A DNA stretch of 60,589 nt from Octopus bimaculoides (lineage: Eukaryota), in contig NC_068999.1 in the NCBI RefSeq assembly GCF_001194135.2, positions 38,789,377-38,849,965 on the forward strand, read 5' to 3'. Below, one piece after another: positions 1-12,539 of the stretch; within the stretch, counting starts at the first letter, position 1, and every line of letters begins with the position of its first letter. A program made the translations under genes and the position numbers. The notes beneath the pieces were generated by a model. That model searched no databases. It had not been told where the DNA came from and saw only the letters and a list, made by a program, of their open reading frames with translations.

Positions 1-417
1 ATATATATATATGTATGTATATATACCTATACATACACACTCACATATACCATAGGGCAGTAGGGTACAAGAATGTTTCTGGCTGCCAAATTTAACTCAC
101 ATATATTGCTTGTCCTCAAAGATTCAGTTAAAAAAAAAAAAATACCAATGTAAAAATTCTGTACAGCAGGTGTGAACCTAAAACTACATGACTGGGAAAC
201 ACACTTTTATAACAAATCCCCCCTCCTCTTCCTCCTCCTACTGCACATCCACATTCACTCCACATCGTCTCCCAACACACATTCATACATCTACAGACAT
301 ATTGGCTTTGCGTAGTATTGCAGCATACTTCCGACGTACGCAATACTACCAATAAATAAATTTCAATACTTCAAACGAGGTATTAATATTTTATGTAGGC
401 ATGAAGCCTTAGATATA

Positions 418-480
<63 letters not shown>

Positions 481-1021
481 TATACATGCATACATATACA
501 TAAACATATGTATATATATATATATATATACACACATACACAAACATGTATATGTGTGCATGTGTATATTTGTATGTAGATATGTGTGTATATACATTAT
601 CGTAGTATAACTATTTCAAAATATGAAAGCATTAATATCCTGCAAGAGATGAGTGAATAATTAATTTATACACGCTCACGCACACCCATCACCCCCTTCC
701 CCACATGCATATATGTAAACATATCTGTACAGACACACACACACACACACACACAGTTAAGTATCTTAGTATATGCACATATGTGTGCATGTGTATGTCA
801 GTTTATATGTTTTTATGTGTACATTTAATGTAACATGCATATGTGTGTGCTTGTACATAATGCATGTATATATATGTATATATATATAGATGTGATTATA
901 TATATATATATATATGTATATCTATGTATCTGTCTATCAATAAATATACGTGTGTGTGTGCGTGCATGCATGGTATGTGTATACGTGTATATAAATATGT
1001 ATATTTGCATGCATTTATATA

Positions 1022-1884
1022 CAGAGTGTGGTGAATATATTGTTATCTAAATTACACAAATATGAAAATAACACTGACATCTCATTTTAACAGATATATT
1101 TACCAAAATTACATTAAAATACCAAAGATCAAATTTATTCAATAAAATCGCCATTGGCTTCAATCGAGGTCACCAGACGACTTCGGAATCTCCTGCAACT
1201 CTTCTGGACTGTCTCCCAGTTTAAGGTGGTGAATGTTGCCATAATATTTGCTTTCAGTTCATGTTTTGTGTTACAAGGAGTTTTGTTGGTCTCTTGCTCA
1301 ACTGCACCCCACACATAATAATCAAGGGGGTTGCAGTCTTGGGAGTTAGGTGGCCAGATGTTAGGGGTGATGTGGGTGCAAAAATTGTCTGACAGCCATG
1401 ACTGGGTTCTCCTGCTTGTGTGGTATGGTGCTGAGTCCTGTGGCCAAGCATAGGGTCTTCCAGCAGCCATCCTCTTGACCCAGGTCAACAGTACCTCCTC
1501 CAGGCACTTGATATAGGCCTCAGTGTTGAGTCTGAGGTTGTGTGGGAAGATGAATGTTAGCATAATGTCACCATCACTAGTGATCACTCCAAACACCATG
1601 GTGTTGACTGGATATTTGATTTTTTTTGTCCTCAGATTGCACTGTCCTTAGATTGACACCCAAATACTCTAAAATATTCATATTGGAGCTTCCAGCCTCA
1701 ATGCCAAGCACTACAGCATATAGTTTCCACATTTCTGGCAGAGGGAATTTTGTCATGGTGCTGTTTTTCTCACAGACGGTGCCCAGAAGGATGGTCAGCA
1801 AAAATTGATATCAGCGGAGATTTGAAACCAGACCTCAAGGAACGAGAACCAAAAATATCACAATGGATCTAACCTTACACTCTC
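1022..1884 (-). mobile_element. Tc1/mariner DNA transposon, DD37D (maT-type), internally deleted non-autonomous copy
   Basis: ORF 1135-1599 has VFGVITSDG, QDSAPYH and WPPNSQDCNPLD, with 37 residues between the 2nd and 3rd catalytic Asp. ORF 1577-1801 is the N-terminal HTH start (YAVVLGIEAG..N..I...LGVNLRTV). TA at 1020-1021 is followed by the TIR CAGAGTGTGGTGAATATATTG; a degenerate partner TIR lies at about 1855-1884. Confidence 0.9.
1135..1599 (-). pseudogene. C-terminal catalytic part of a DD37D transposase (first Asp motif deleted)
   Basis: Translated motifs QDSAPxH and WPPNSxDCNPLDYYVWG, with terminal IEANGDFIE typical of mariner/maT transposases. Confidence 0.9.
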
Positions 1885-1990
1885 ATGACCGATTGGCCAT
1901 CTTAATAGTTCCATGCTAAACATTCCATCTCAGTCTCCAAATTATCTTTCAATCAAAATATTACTATTACCCATTATATATGCGTGTGTG

Positions 1991-2207
1991 TATTCTTTTA
2001 TTTATTTCAGTCATTTGACTGTGGCCATGCTGGAGTTGCACCTTTAGTCGAACAAATCGACCCCAGGACTTATTCTTTGTAAGCCTAGTACTTATTCTAT
2101 CAGTCTCTTTTGTTGAACCGTTAAGTTTCGGGGACATGAACACACCATCATCAGTTGTCAAGTGACAGTAGCACACACACACACCACACGCACACACACA
2201 CACACAC

Positions 2208-2252
<45 letters not shown>

Positions 2253-2410
2253 CTCTTCTTTCAGTTTCCGTCTATCAAATCCACTCACAAGGCTTTGGTT
2301 GGCCTGAGACTATAGTAGAAAACACTCGCCCAAGATACCATGCAGTGGGACAGAACCCGGAACCATGTGGTTGGTAAGCAAGCTTCTTACCACACAACTA
2401 TGCCTGCACC
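1991..2410 (-). mobile_element. tRNA-derived SINE family A (CORE-like, internal microsatellite), full length
   Basis: Reverse strand reads A-box-like TTGTGTGG, B-box-like GGTTCTGTCCC and CORE-like CTTGGGCGAGTGTTTTCTACTATAG, then an internal (TG)n, then the 3' domain ending GAAATAAATAAAAGAATA. More than 10 homologous copies in the window. Confidence 0.85.
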
Positions 2411-3143
2411 TATATATGTGTGTGTGCGTATGCGTGCATGTGTGTGCGTATGCGTGCGAGTGTGTGTGTGTGTGTGTGTGTATGAGTGTGTGTATGAGTG
2501 TGTGTGTGTGTTCTGTAGAGAAATTCCTGAAGTTTCCCCTACATGTATATACTACAAAGAACTGTACTTAGACAGTGTAGTATTCAGTTTGACGATAATG
2601 GTTTATATTTTAAGAAATCTTAGACCAGAGCTCAAAGCTCTAATTGAAAATGTTATGTATGAGGAATGGCAAGAGATTTTTTTCTCTTGAGGCAGAATAT
2701 GGCTTGTAATTCCTCAACACTATACTTAGAATTACAGTCTTGTACTTCTCTAATACAATTCTTAGAATTATGGAAATATATATAATGGAGGAATAAATAA
2801 GATTTAATTTACCATTCACAAATGTTAAAATGATGATGGATGCGGTCGAGATAGAAGTTTGGTGTTGGAGATGATGGATGTGGTGATGGTGGTAGACATG
2901 GAGGTGATGGTGTGAGTGGTAGCTTTATTGATGGTAATGCTATTACTGAAGATTTTTTTTTTTCCCATTTAAATTTTTAATGTTTTCTAATATGCACAAG
3001 ATGAATATACATTTGTTCTATCCATATATGGGAAAGTGTGTGGCTCACTGGTCAGGATGTTTCGCTTGGGATTGTCAAGTGTTCCAGTTCATCCAACCAA
3101 CTGAACAGCCTGTTCATGAATGTGACAGCCATCATGTATATGG

Positions 3144-3209
<66 letters not shown>

Positions 3210-3294
3210 ATATATATATATATATACATATTTATGTATATGTATGTGTGTGTATATATGTATATGTGTGCACGTGTGTGCGTATATGTATGTA

Positions 3295-3352
<58 letters not shown>

Positions 3353-3629
3353 TGCATATGTATCTATGTATATATATATATGTACAGACATATATACATA
3401 TATAGCGGAATGTAAACTATGATGATATATACATACACAATTACGTGTGTGTCTGTGCATGTGTATATATGTTCATATATTGGTGTGTAGATGTAGTGAT
3501 CTATATATTTGTGTGTTTGTATATATAGGGAGAGAGAGATATATGTATGTACCTATATTTAGAAACTCACTCACATACCCATAAATATATATATATTTAT
3601 ATCTGTATCTCTGTGTCTCTGTGTGTGTG

Positions 3630-3665
<36 letters not shown>

Positions 3666-4966
3666 NNNNNNNNNNNNNNNNNNNNNNNNNNNNNNNNNNN
3701 NNNNNNNNNNNNNNNNNNNNNNNNNNNNNNNNNNNNNNNNNNNNNNNNNNNNNNNNNNNNNNNNNNNNNNNNNNNNNNNNNNNNNNNNNNNNNNNNNNNN
3801 NNNNNNNNNNNNNNNNNNNNNTATGCATGCCAACAAGTTTCTGCTTATCTCTGTATATGTTTGTCCGTAAATATTTGACTGTTGCATATAAAAATCAAGA
3901 AATGAATGACTTCGCCAAAAATTCCATTATTTTCTGTAAATGACAAATAAAAAAAAATGGACTAAATAAATAAAAAGGTTACGAGGAAAAAAATTGTCAG
4001 ATGGAATTTATTTGTAGAGGAAGACTGGAAATGGTGGGTGATGGGAGGTTTACTTTTATTTCATTTTATTTTTATTTTTATTTCATTTTTTATTTCATTT
4101 TATTTTTATATGTGGTACATTTATTTGTCTTTTTTCTTAAGATTAGATTTAACTCAAAGGTTTTTTTTGGTGTGTTTGTGTGAGTGTTTTTCAGTTTATT
4201 ATTTTGTTTTGTGAATTTTAGTAGTTTGTTGGGTGCATTGTTTTGTGAGGATGCTAGTTGTCTTTGTTTTTGCTTATAGATGGTGGATCTGGAGTCATTG
4301 GTGGGGGAGGTGTTGCTGCTCTTTGTGTTGTTGGTAGTGGTGGTGATGGTGGTAGTGGAAGGGGTTGTGGGTTTTATCTATTAAACTTTTTATTTCAATT
4401 TTCTTTTTGCATTTCTGCATTTATTTATATATTTTTCATTAGGGTCATTGCGTGTTTATTGTTTGTGTTGTGCTTATTGTTTTGTTTGTAGTGGTGGTAG
4501 TGGTGATGGTGGTGGTGATGTTGATGATTTTGGTAGTGGTGGTCTTGATGATTGTCTTGGCAGTAATGATTTGGCTTTGTTTATTTTTTCATTTTTGTCA
4601 TTTTTAATGTATGTATATGTGTTTGCCTGTATACACATACACATTATATATATATATATATACATACACACTCACACACATGCAGACACACACACACACA
4701 TATATATACATATATACACATATATACTCATATGAAGGCACGTAAATAATCAATAAATATATACACCAAGTCACTTATACACATATATGTTGTTGTTTTG
4801 CATTGGTTTTGTTATTTTATTTTACTTATTATTATTTTTTTTTTGCCTGTAAACCTGTCAATGACTCCGTAATGAAATCTACTTTTGTTTGAAAGTCTTC
4901 AAACAACATAAGGAAAATAAATACAGAGAGGACGAAATGAAGAAAAACCTTAAGATTATCTACAGA

Positions 4967-5007
<41 letters not shown>

Positions 5008-5511
5008 CATGTACACGCACACTTATATATAAATATATACACATGCACATGGTAATAAAAAATATACTTTTGGGGTTGCAAACAAAATATAACTTTGTAT
5101 AAATTAATAGAAGTTGCTCAAGGCATAAATTACGTGTGTGTATTAGTGTGTGATTAACAATTTTCTAAACTGCAAATTTGTCATTAGTTTTATCATTAAC
5201 TGCACAGTATATCCTCACCAGTGTTTTGCAGCTTCATTTGTACGTCTTCGCTCGTCTGGGTCACAGAATTCCTTTGTGATGCGCACGAAATAATCTTTAT
5301 ATCATTCAAGCTAGAATTTACTGCAAGTGTTTCTGCTACAACCTGGAACATTTACCAAGTTGGCTCTTCGAAAACAGGAAAAGTAAGAAAGTGCAAAATG
5401 CATTGTTATCAGCAGTGTACAACAATATCTGGTAGTCTGGATTGATACAGTGATATATGCATGTATATATATATATATATATATATATACATACATATAT
5501 ATAAGTATATG

Positions 5512-5603
<92 letters not shown>

Positions 5604-6745
5604 TAAATATATAGATAGATATGTATATAGATAGATATAGATATGTACATACACATGTATTTTGATTGGTAAAAATGAAAAATAAATTTACTTTCAAAAT
5701 ATTCCTGAGATGTATTGAACACCTCTTTTCTGTCGTCCATAGTTTCATCTTTGCTGATGGTTTTTGATAAACAAGCAAACAGCATGTTTCAAGAACTTGT
5801 ATATCAAATATCCATTTATTCATGTGTAGAAGCATACATGCATATTTTACATACGTGCGCACATGTGTGTGTGTGTTTGTGTGTATGTATATAATTTTGC
5901 TATGAGTGTTCAGATTGTTTTCACTTATCACTCTACCAAACATAGTGTTCTTGGACAAGGTAATATCTTCTTAAAACAACACTGAAACAACAACAATAAC
6001 AATATCTACTACTACTACTACAACTACTGCTGCTGTCGCTGCTGTTGCTGCTGCTATAACATTGACTGTAGTCATTTCCAATTTTGACTGTATATTGCAA
6101 ATATTTATTGAATGGAGGTATTAAACTGTTATATCAACAGAATGGGAATATTTCAATCTGAAATCACACTACGAATGAGATTAGCTTGTGTGTAAGCCTG
6201 GCTACATCTATGTATGCATGTCTTTGTGTGAGTCAGTGTGTGTGTATGTGTGTGTATGGTTGTATCTATATACAAGTGTATATGTATGATTGGTATTTGC
6301 AGGAGTGTGCGTGTATAGATGCATGGATCTGTAGATGTTTGTTTGTAAGTGTTTGTGTGTGTGTGTGTGTGTATTTATATGTGCATGTGTGTGTGTGTGT
6401 GTGTGTGTTCATGTTTCAATATTCATGCTATTTTAATCTTTATGGTTTGTCCTCAATTTCTAGAATTCTTCAAATTTCAATTATTCTTTGATGTCAGTTT
6501 TGGGAAAGGATTACTAAGGCATAATACAATTGTGTGGCAGAATAACCCAGTGGTCTTCTCTGATTCCTTGTCCTTTTATTAGCTTAAAATTCTTCCATTC
6601 TGCCATGGAAATGTCAAATTCTTCACAGTGTTTTGTACCGTTATTGAGCATACAGGTATCAATCAAACATTCTCTTTGTATCAATGCTTAATAGTATTGG
6701 TATGTGTCTATGAGTGTGTGTGTGACGGTGTGTGTGAATATATAT

Positions 6746-6932
6746 TTGACCGTTGACTGGACACTTCAATTTTTTTTCTCCGTGTTTTTCTCCTTGTCTC
6801 CGTATTCTTTCTGTTGAAGAGCGTAGCTCGAAACGTCAAAGACTTTCCGTATTCCCGAGCGTCATACTAATACATCCTTTTGTTATTTACACCACCTGTC
6901 CTCGTCTGTTGTTGTTTTTTCGTATATTCTCC
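6746..6932 (+). mobile_element. Short hammerhead-carrying repeat (probable solo pLTR or non-autonomous Penelope-like element), copy 1
   Basis: 6796-6932 is closely similar to 20014-20152. Both copies are flanked by (TA)n and contain a minimal hammerhead motif. Confidence 0.7.
6806..6842 (+). ncRNA. Minimal type I hammerhead ribozyme variant
   Basis: TCTTT-CTGTTGA-A-GAGC-GTA-GCTC-GAAA-CG-TC-AAAGA. Stem I TCTTT/AAAGA, stem II GAGC/GCTC, palindromic ACGT stem III, GUC cleavage triplet. Core CUGUUGA deviates from CUGANGA at position 6. Confidence 0.7.
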
Positions 6933-7051
6933 TATATATATATATAGATATATATATATGTATGTGTGTATGTATGTATAGGAAACACTTTAATATAATA
7001 AAATGTTTGCAATATACATACGTTTGTGGATGTGTGTGTGTTTGTTTGTTT

Positions 7052-7082
<31 letters not shown>

Positions 7083-7271
7083 GTTGCTTTGTTTCTTTTG
7101 CTTTTTTGATTCAAGCACCCAGATTCCAGTACTTTCTACTTGGCACTCAACGACCCCACTGACAGCCACAAAGATCCCTCGTTCAAAACGAACATATGAT
7201 GTCAGATCTTGCTCCCTTTTTATCCCCAAATCAAGTGACATGAGGATATATATATATATTTATATATACAC

Positions 7272-7430
7272 AGCGATCTTCTTTCAGTTTCCCTCTACCA
7301 AATCCACTCACAAGATGTTGGTCAGCATTTGGCTATAGAGGACACTTTCCTCAGGTGCCATGCAGTGGGACTGAACCCAGGACCATGTGGTTGGGAAGCA
7401 AGCTTCTTACCACACAGCTATGCTGCAGCC
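7272..7430 (-). mobile_element. SINE family A, 5' half
   Basis: Homologous to 2260-2410 and 13858-14010; ends in (TA)n. Confidence 0.8.
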
Positions 7431-7432
7431 TA

Positions 7433-7465
<33 letters not shown>

Positions 7466-7467
7466 CT

Positions 7468-7507
<40 letters not shown>

Positions 7508-7515
7508 GTGTGTGT

Positions 7516-7650
7516 GGAGGCACGTGGCTTAGTGGTTAGGGTGTCAGCACCATGATTGTAGGATTGCGGTTTCGATTCCTGGACGGGGCGACGTGTTGTG
7601 TTCTTGAGCAAAACACTTCATTTCCTGTTGCTCCAGTCCACTCAGCTCTG
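7516..7650 (+). mobile_element. tRNA-derived SINE family C (CORE-like)
   Basis: A box TGGCTTAGTGG, B box GGTTTCGATTCC, CORE-like TGTGTTCTTGAGCAAAACACTTCATTT. Homologues at 38850-39040 (-) and 58533-58665 (+). Confidence 0.8.
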
Positions 7651-7690
7651 CGGCCATGCTGGGGCACCACCTGGAATACCCTAGTCCTTG

Positions 7691-7810
7691 TTTTTTTGAA
7701 GCCTGTTACTTATTCTGTCAATCTTTTTTGCCAAACTGCTAAGTCATGGAGATGTAAACACACCAACACCAGTTGTCATTCAGCAGAGGTGGAGGACAAG
7801 TATAGGCACA
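7691..7810 (-). mobile_element. SINE family A, 3' domain fragment
   Basis: Homologous to 2075-2165. Confidence 0.65.
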
Positions 7811-7829
7811 AAGACATATATATATACAC

Positions 7830-7920
7830 ACATATACGTACATATAAACACACATATATGTACATATAAACACACATATATGTACATATACACACATATA
7901 TGTACATATACACACATACA
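7830..7920. repeat. About 20-22 bp minisatellite built from TA/CA dinucleotides
   Basis: Unit ACATATATGTACATATAAACAC repeated about 4 times. Confidence 0.7.
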
Positions 7921-7929
7921 TGTGAGTGA

Positions 7930-7969
<40 letters not shown>

Positions 7970-8599
7970 TTTAACTTTGTAAACACATTTCAGCTCAAGG
8001 AAATAATGTCACTAGCTCTGTAGGGTCAGATTGGAGAGAAATCAAGTGTATACAGATGCACTGAATGACATCCATAAACGATTCTTAATACATGAAAAAA
8101 AAAAAAAGAAAAAAAAATGTTTGACAGACGCATAACGAGAAAGAAAACAAAAGCCCACCAGCAATCATTAGTCTCTTACAAAGGAAAAGGTATATGTCAT
8201 TTAGGATATGCATATATACTTGTTGATCTCTATCTATGCAGGTGGTGGCTTATTTGAGATAATCACCATCTTCATTAAACTTGTTATGTTGTTGTTGTTG
8301 TTGTTGTTTTTTATAGCCACTCATTATAATTTGGTATACATTGGATTGTAATCAATTGTGTGTTGACAGTGTGTCTTCTTTTGTCCATCACTTCTCACTG
8401 TCAACCAATGCACGACATTATTATAATTATCTTTTTATTCAAATTCTTGAACTGATTGAACTTGATTTTCCTTGAGAGAGAGAGAGAGAGAGAGAGGCAG
8501 AGAGAAAGATAGAGAGAGGTACTAACGATTGCTTGACCACCATTCAAACATGCAATATTCATATGAATCTAATGATTTATCACCATCATCATCATCATC

Positions 8600-9445
8600 A
8601 TCTATAACACACTTGTACAAAAACAAAGAGAAGAAGAGTTTATGTGATAATCACAGGAGAATAAGTTTGTTCTGCATAACCAAAAATATTCTTGCAAGGA
8701 TGGTTCTGAGCGCTTTTGATAAGTATACTGTAAGCAACATATGTCCTGATTCCCATTATGGATTTTGGGCTGGAAAAGGCACAATCAGTTTGATTTTTGC
8801 CCTTAGGTTACTTTCAGAAAAGCCATGTGAGCAAAATACTCGATTCTACATGTTCTCTGTTGATTTGACCAAAGTCTTTGATAGAGTGAACTGCGGGGTG
8901 CTCTGAAAAGTTTTGTCAAAAGTTGGTCTTCCTGATAAAATGTAATAGTTTCTTTGCATGATGGAATGATGGCAACAATGATGTCTTACCGAAAATGATG
9001 ATGAATGTTCAGAGACATTTTCTGTTGCCACTGGCACTAAACATGGTTGTGTTTTAGCTACTGTATTTTTTGCTATATTCTTTGTAAAGCTATTCCAACG
9101 TACTTTTAGGAATTTCTATGAAGGTGTAAAATTTAAGTTCCACACAGACAAAACTTTCCTAAACCAAAGTAGGTAAAGCATGAGATCAAAGAAAAAGACC
9201 AAGGAAGAGATCAGGTGTGATTCTGTTTGCTGATGATTGTGCTTTGATCTCTCATACATTTGAGGGAATTCAGGAAACAGTCAACAGGTTTGCTGTGGCA
9301 GCTCATGCATTTGAACTTACTGTCAGCATCAAAAGGACTGAAGTTTTATTTGAGCCAAAGCTTGGGAAGGAACATACACAAGATTCAAATGTGAGGATTG
9401 GCAATAAGCCATTTAAATGGCTCAGGACATTTGGAAGTTCAGGTT
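8600..9445 (+). mobile_element. Decayed RTE (BovB-like) LINE, reverse transcriptase region
   Basis: Translations LYKNK..S.CDNHRRISL, PDSHYGF.AGKGT..LIFALR.L.EK..EQ, VDLTKVFDRVN, TGTKHGCVLA and LFADDCAL.SHT.EG.Q..VNRFA.AA.AF.LTVS.KRTEV, with stops and frameshifts. Confidence 0.9.
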
Positions 9446-9496
9446 AAAAAGTTTACTGAATTTGTAACAGCGACAATGTAACCTTTAATTTACATT

Positions 9497-9578
9497 GGCC
9501 TGAAGAGTAGCTGGCAGTGTAAACCTCGCTTGATTTTTTACCATTTCTGAGATACCACTCACTATGAAACATGTAGCC
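9497..9578 (+). ncRNA. Type I hammerhead ribozyme with long stem II (Penelope-like pLTR type)
   Basis: GGC-CTGAAGA-GTAG-(51 nt)-CTAT-GAAA-C-AT-GTA-GCC. Canonical core, stem I GGC/GCC, stem II base GTAG/CTAT, palindrome ACATGT at stem III, GUA triplet. Confidence 0.7.
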
Positions 9579-9819
9579 CAGATCTTACCTATTCCATTGT
9601 GTAACTCTTGTATTCTTATTCGCACACCCAGCAACCCTGGTCACCAACCATGGAATATAAAAAGAACACTTTCCAGCTTTTTGTACTTCAAGACAAAATA
9701 ATCCACAACCTTCCATCTCAATAAATCCCTCTTGTTCCTAAAAGTTATTTTTCTATATTTACTACGGATTGCTTGACGCCAACTTTCGTCCAACACCTCG
9801 ATCCCCGGAACTTACATTT

Positions 9820-9820
9820 A

Positions 9821-9910
<90 letters not shown>
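9820..9910. repeat. (TATC)n switching to (TAGA)n: perfect inverted tetranucleotide array
   Basis: Polarity switch centred on TCTAGA at 9855-9860. Confidence 0.95.
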
Positions 9911-10910
9911 TGTTCGTATGTACACATGCACACATTATAAACATAACACAAACATAAACTAACAACAAGTTTCCTACTTTCGAAAGAGACATGCATTATT
10001 ATATTGATTTTCACATTATTAATATTCTGTAATTAAAACCTTGATTAATATGTGTGAATGTATTGTACCATGTGCTTAAAACCTGGTCAATTATGATTTT
10101 ACATCATGGAATCAGTTTCCACAACTAATCATTATTTTCTATACATTCAATATATCGTGGGGTACTCTTATGCAACCAAATTTCAGTGAAATGGAAATAT
10201 GCCAACAGAAAACACACTTGTTTCTTGTTTGTATTTCCACTAATGGACAATTCTAAAAAGAAAAAAAAAATTATATTCTAATTAAAACTTCTTTAATATT
10301 CTCATTATTGAATATGTTTTCAAGACTAACATTTCTATTTTAAAATCCATTAAGTCATTTAATTACTAATGTTTGATTAGTAATTTCTAAGTTGTAATTA
10401 CTTTATCTTTTTGCCCTTTTGTGTCTTTTTTTTAATGTCTGAGAATTTCTTTGACCAAGTTCTAAGTCTGCGAACTAAATTCTACGACCCCCAAACCCTT
10501 TGATTACTCTATCAATACTGTCACCTTCCCCTACAAATCACAATAAATTGCCATTGTTAAGTCTCTGATTATTGGCGAAGCAATGTGTGTTGTTATATAA
10601 TTTGTTATATAACAATTGATGACCTCTAAACTGACATCACCCTGTGGAGGACGAAAATCTTTATTTGGATTGTAACCAAAACACTTTCAGAATAACTTAA
10701 TGAATTCCCATTTACTCTTTTAGTGAAATATGAAGAAGACGAAACTGTCAGACTAAACAAAACTGCCAAACATCACATCAATTATTTTGTCCTTATGTTT
10801 ATGCACATACACACACACACACACATACATACACACTCAAACACATACACGCCCACACATATGCGTGCACACTTTAACAAGCACCATAACAACAAAAGCA
10901 ACACAGAATG

Positions 10911-11040
10911 ACACATAGCTGTGGGGTTAAGAAGCTTGCTTTTTCAACCATTTGGTTTCGGGTTCAGTCCCACTGCTTGGCACCTTGCACAATCCAATGC
11001 CGTGCGAGTGGATTTGGTTCATGGAAATTGAAAGAAACTA
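10911..11040 (+). mobile_element. SINE family A, 5' half, diverged
   Basis: GCTGTGGGGTTAAGAAGCTTGC..GGGTTCAGTCCCACTGCTTGGCACCTTG..GAGTGGATTTGG. Confidence 0.75.
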
Positions 11041-11236
11041 TTTATACGTACCAGCATATATACATACGTACATACATAAATGCACACACATGTGTATGTG
11101 TGTGTATGTATATGTATGCGTGTATATGTATGTATATGTGTGCATATGTGTATGTATATGTATATGTATATACACATATATATACACACAGATAGATAGA
11201 CATATACATTTATATATGTGTGTATATATATATATA

Positions 11237-11464
11237 TCATCATCATCATCATCATCATCGTTTAACATCCGCCTTCCATGCTAGCATGGGTTGGACGATT
11301 TGACTGAGGACTGGTGAAACTGGATGGCAACACCAGGCTCCAATCTAATTTGGCAGAGTTTCTACAGCTGGATGCCCTTCCTAACGCCAACCACTCAGAG
11401 AGTGTAGTGGGTGCTTTTATGTGTCACCCGCACGAAAACGGCCACGCTCGAAATGGTGTCTTTA
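11237..11464 (-). mobile_element. 5'-truncated RTE LINE 3' UTR (repeat family B) with (GAT)n tail
   Basis: Reverse strand has GTTAGGAAGGGCATCCAGCTGTAGAAAC..CCCATGCTAGCATGGAAGGCGGATGTTAAACGATGATG. The same sequence follows the RTE ORF end at 34434-34960. Confidence 0.8.
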
Positions 11465-11480
11465 TATATATAATAATATT

Positions 11481-11535
11481 AGGGAAAAATTCCCAATTTA
11501 CAGGGAGAAATTCCCAATTTACAGGGAAAAATTCA
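11481..11535. repeat. 21-bp tandem repeat, about 2.5 copies
   Basis: AGGGAAAAATTCCCAATTTAC / AGGGAGAAATTCCCAATTTAC / AGGGAAAAATTCA. Confidence 0.9.
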
Positions 11536-11979
11536 ATTTAATTTATCAAAATTAAATTAAATTTCACAATATATAATATATAAATATATAATTTAGAGAA
11601 AAAAAACCACAATTATTCAATTCATCCATGAAAATCCACAATCATATTTAGAAAAATTTAATAAGTAAATACACTAAAAAGACCTATAATAAAAATCAAA
11701 AAAGTACAAAGTAATAATTGTTTGTACTTTGTACTTTTTAGTGTATTGTGTGTGTGTGTGTGTGTTTGTGTTTGTGTTTTTATGCATATGTACGCATGTA
11801 TATATTGCACATCTGTATGACTATTTCATATTTGTAAAAGTCAAGAGCTTTTAGCAACAGCTTGGAAGAGTTTATTTATATTCTTCATAAAATAAAAATT
11901 ATGAAGTCTGTTACCCTGTCATAACTTCCAGTTCAGTTCACAACTTCTGCCTCTGCTCTTTGTCACCCTTCTTCTCTCT

Positions 11980-12021
<42 letters not shown>

Positions 12022-12360
12022 CATACATACACACACATAGTTACACTCACATGTATATATATTCACACTTATATACACATATGTGAATATAGCAACAGTA
12101 TGTTCTGTGTCTCTGCTAGTCTCTTACCAAACTGTTTCCATTTGTCAGCACCATTGTTAAAAACATTTAGTTAAGTTATTAAGCTGCCATTGTCGAAAAT
12201 AAGAAATTTCTAATTTTAAAAGAAATAACTTATTAGAAAGCGTAAACACAAATCTGAATCAATATTCATAAGTGTCTTTTCTGGAAACTTACAAAGAAAT
12301 ATTTTTCTTCTTAGCTTAATTTCCATAATAAATTACCTTAAAAATAAGAAATGTGTGTCT

Positions 12361-12447
12361 GTCTTGCAAGCTAGTGATCTGACTATCTGTCTGTTTGTCA
12401 GTCTATCTATTTGTCTATCTATCTATTTGTCTATCTATATATCTATA

Positions 12448-12539
<92 letters not shown>

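Noticed and set aside
7516-7590. tRNA-like sequence with A and B boxes
   Set aside because: It continues into a CORE-like SINE body and lacks a proper acceptor stem, so it is a SINE head rather than a tRNA gene.
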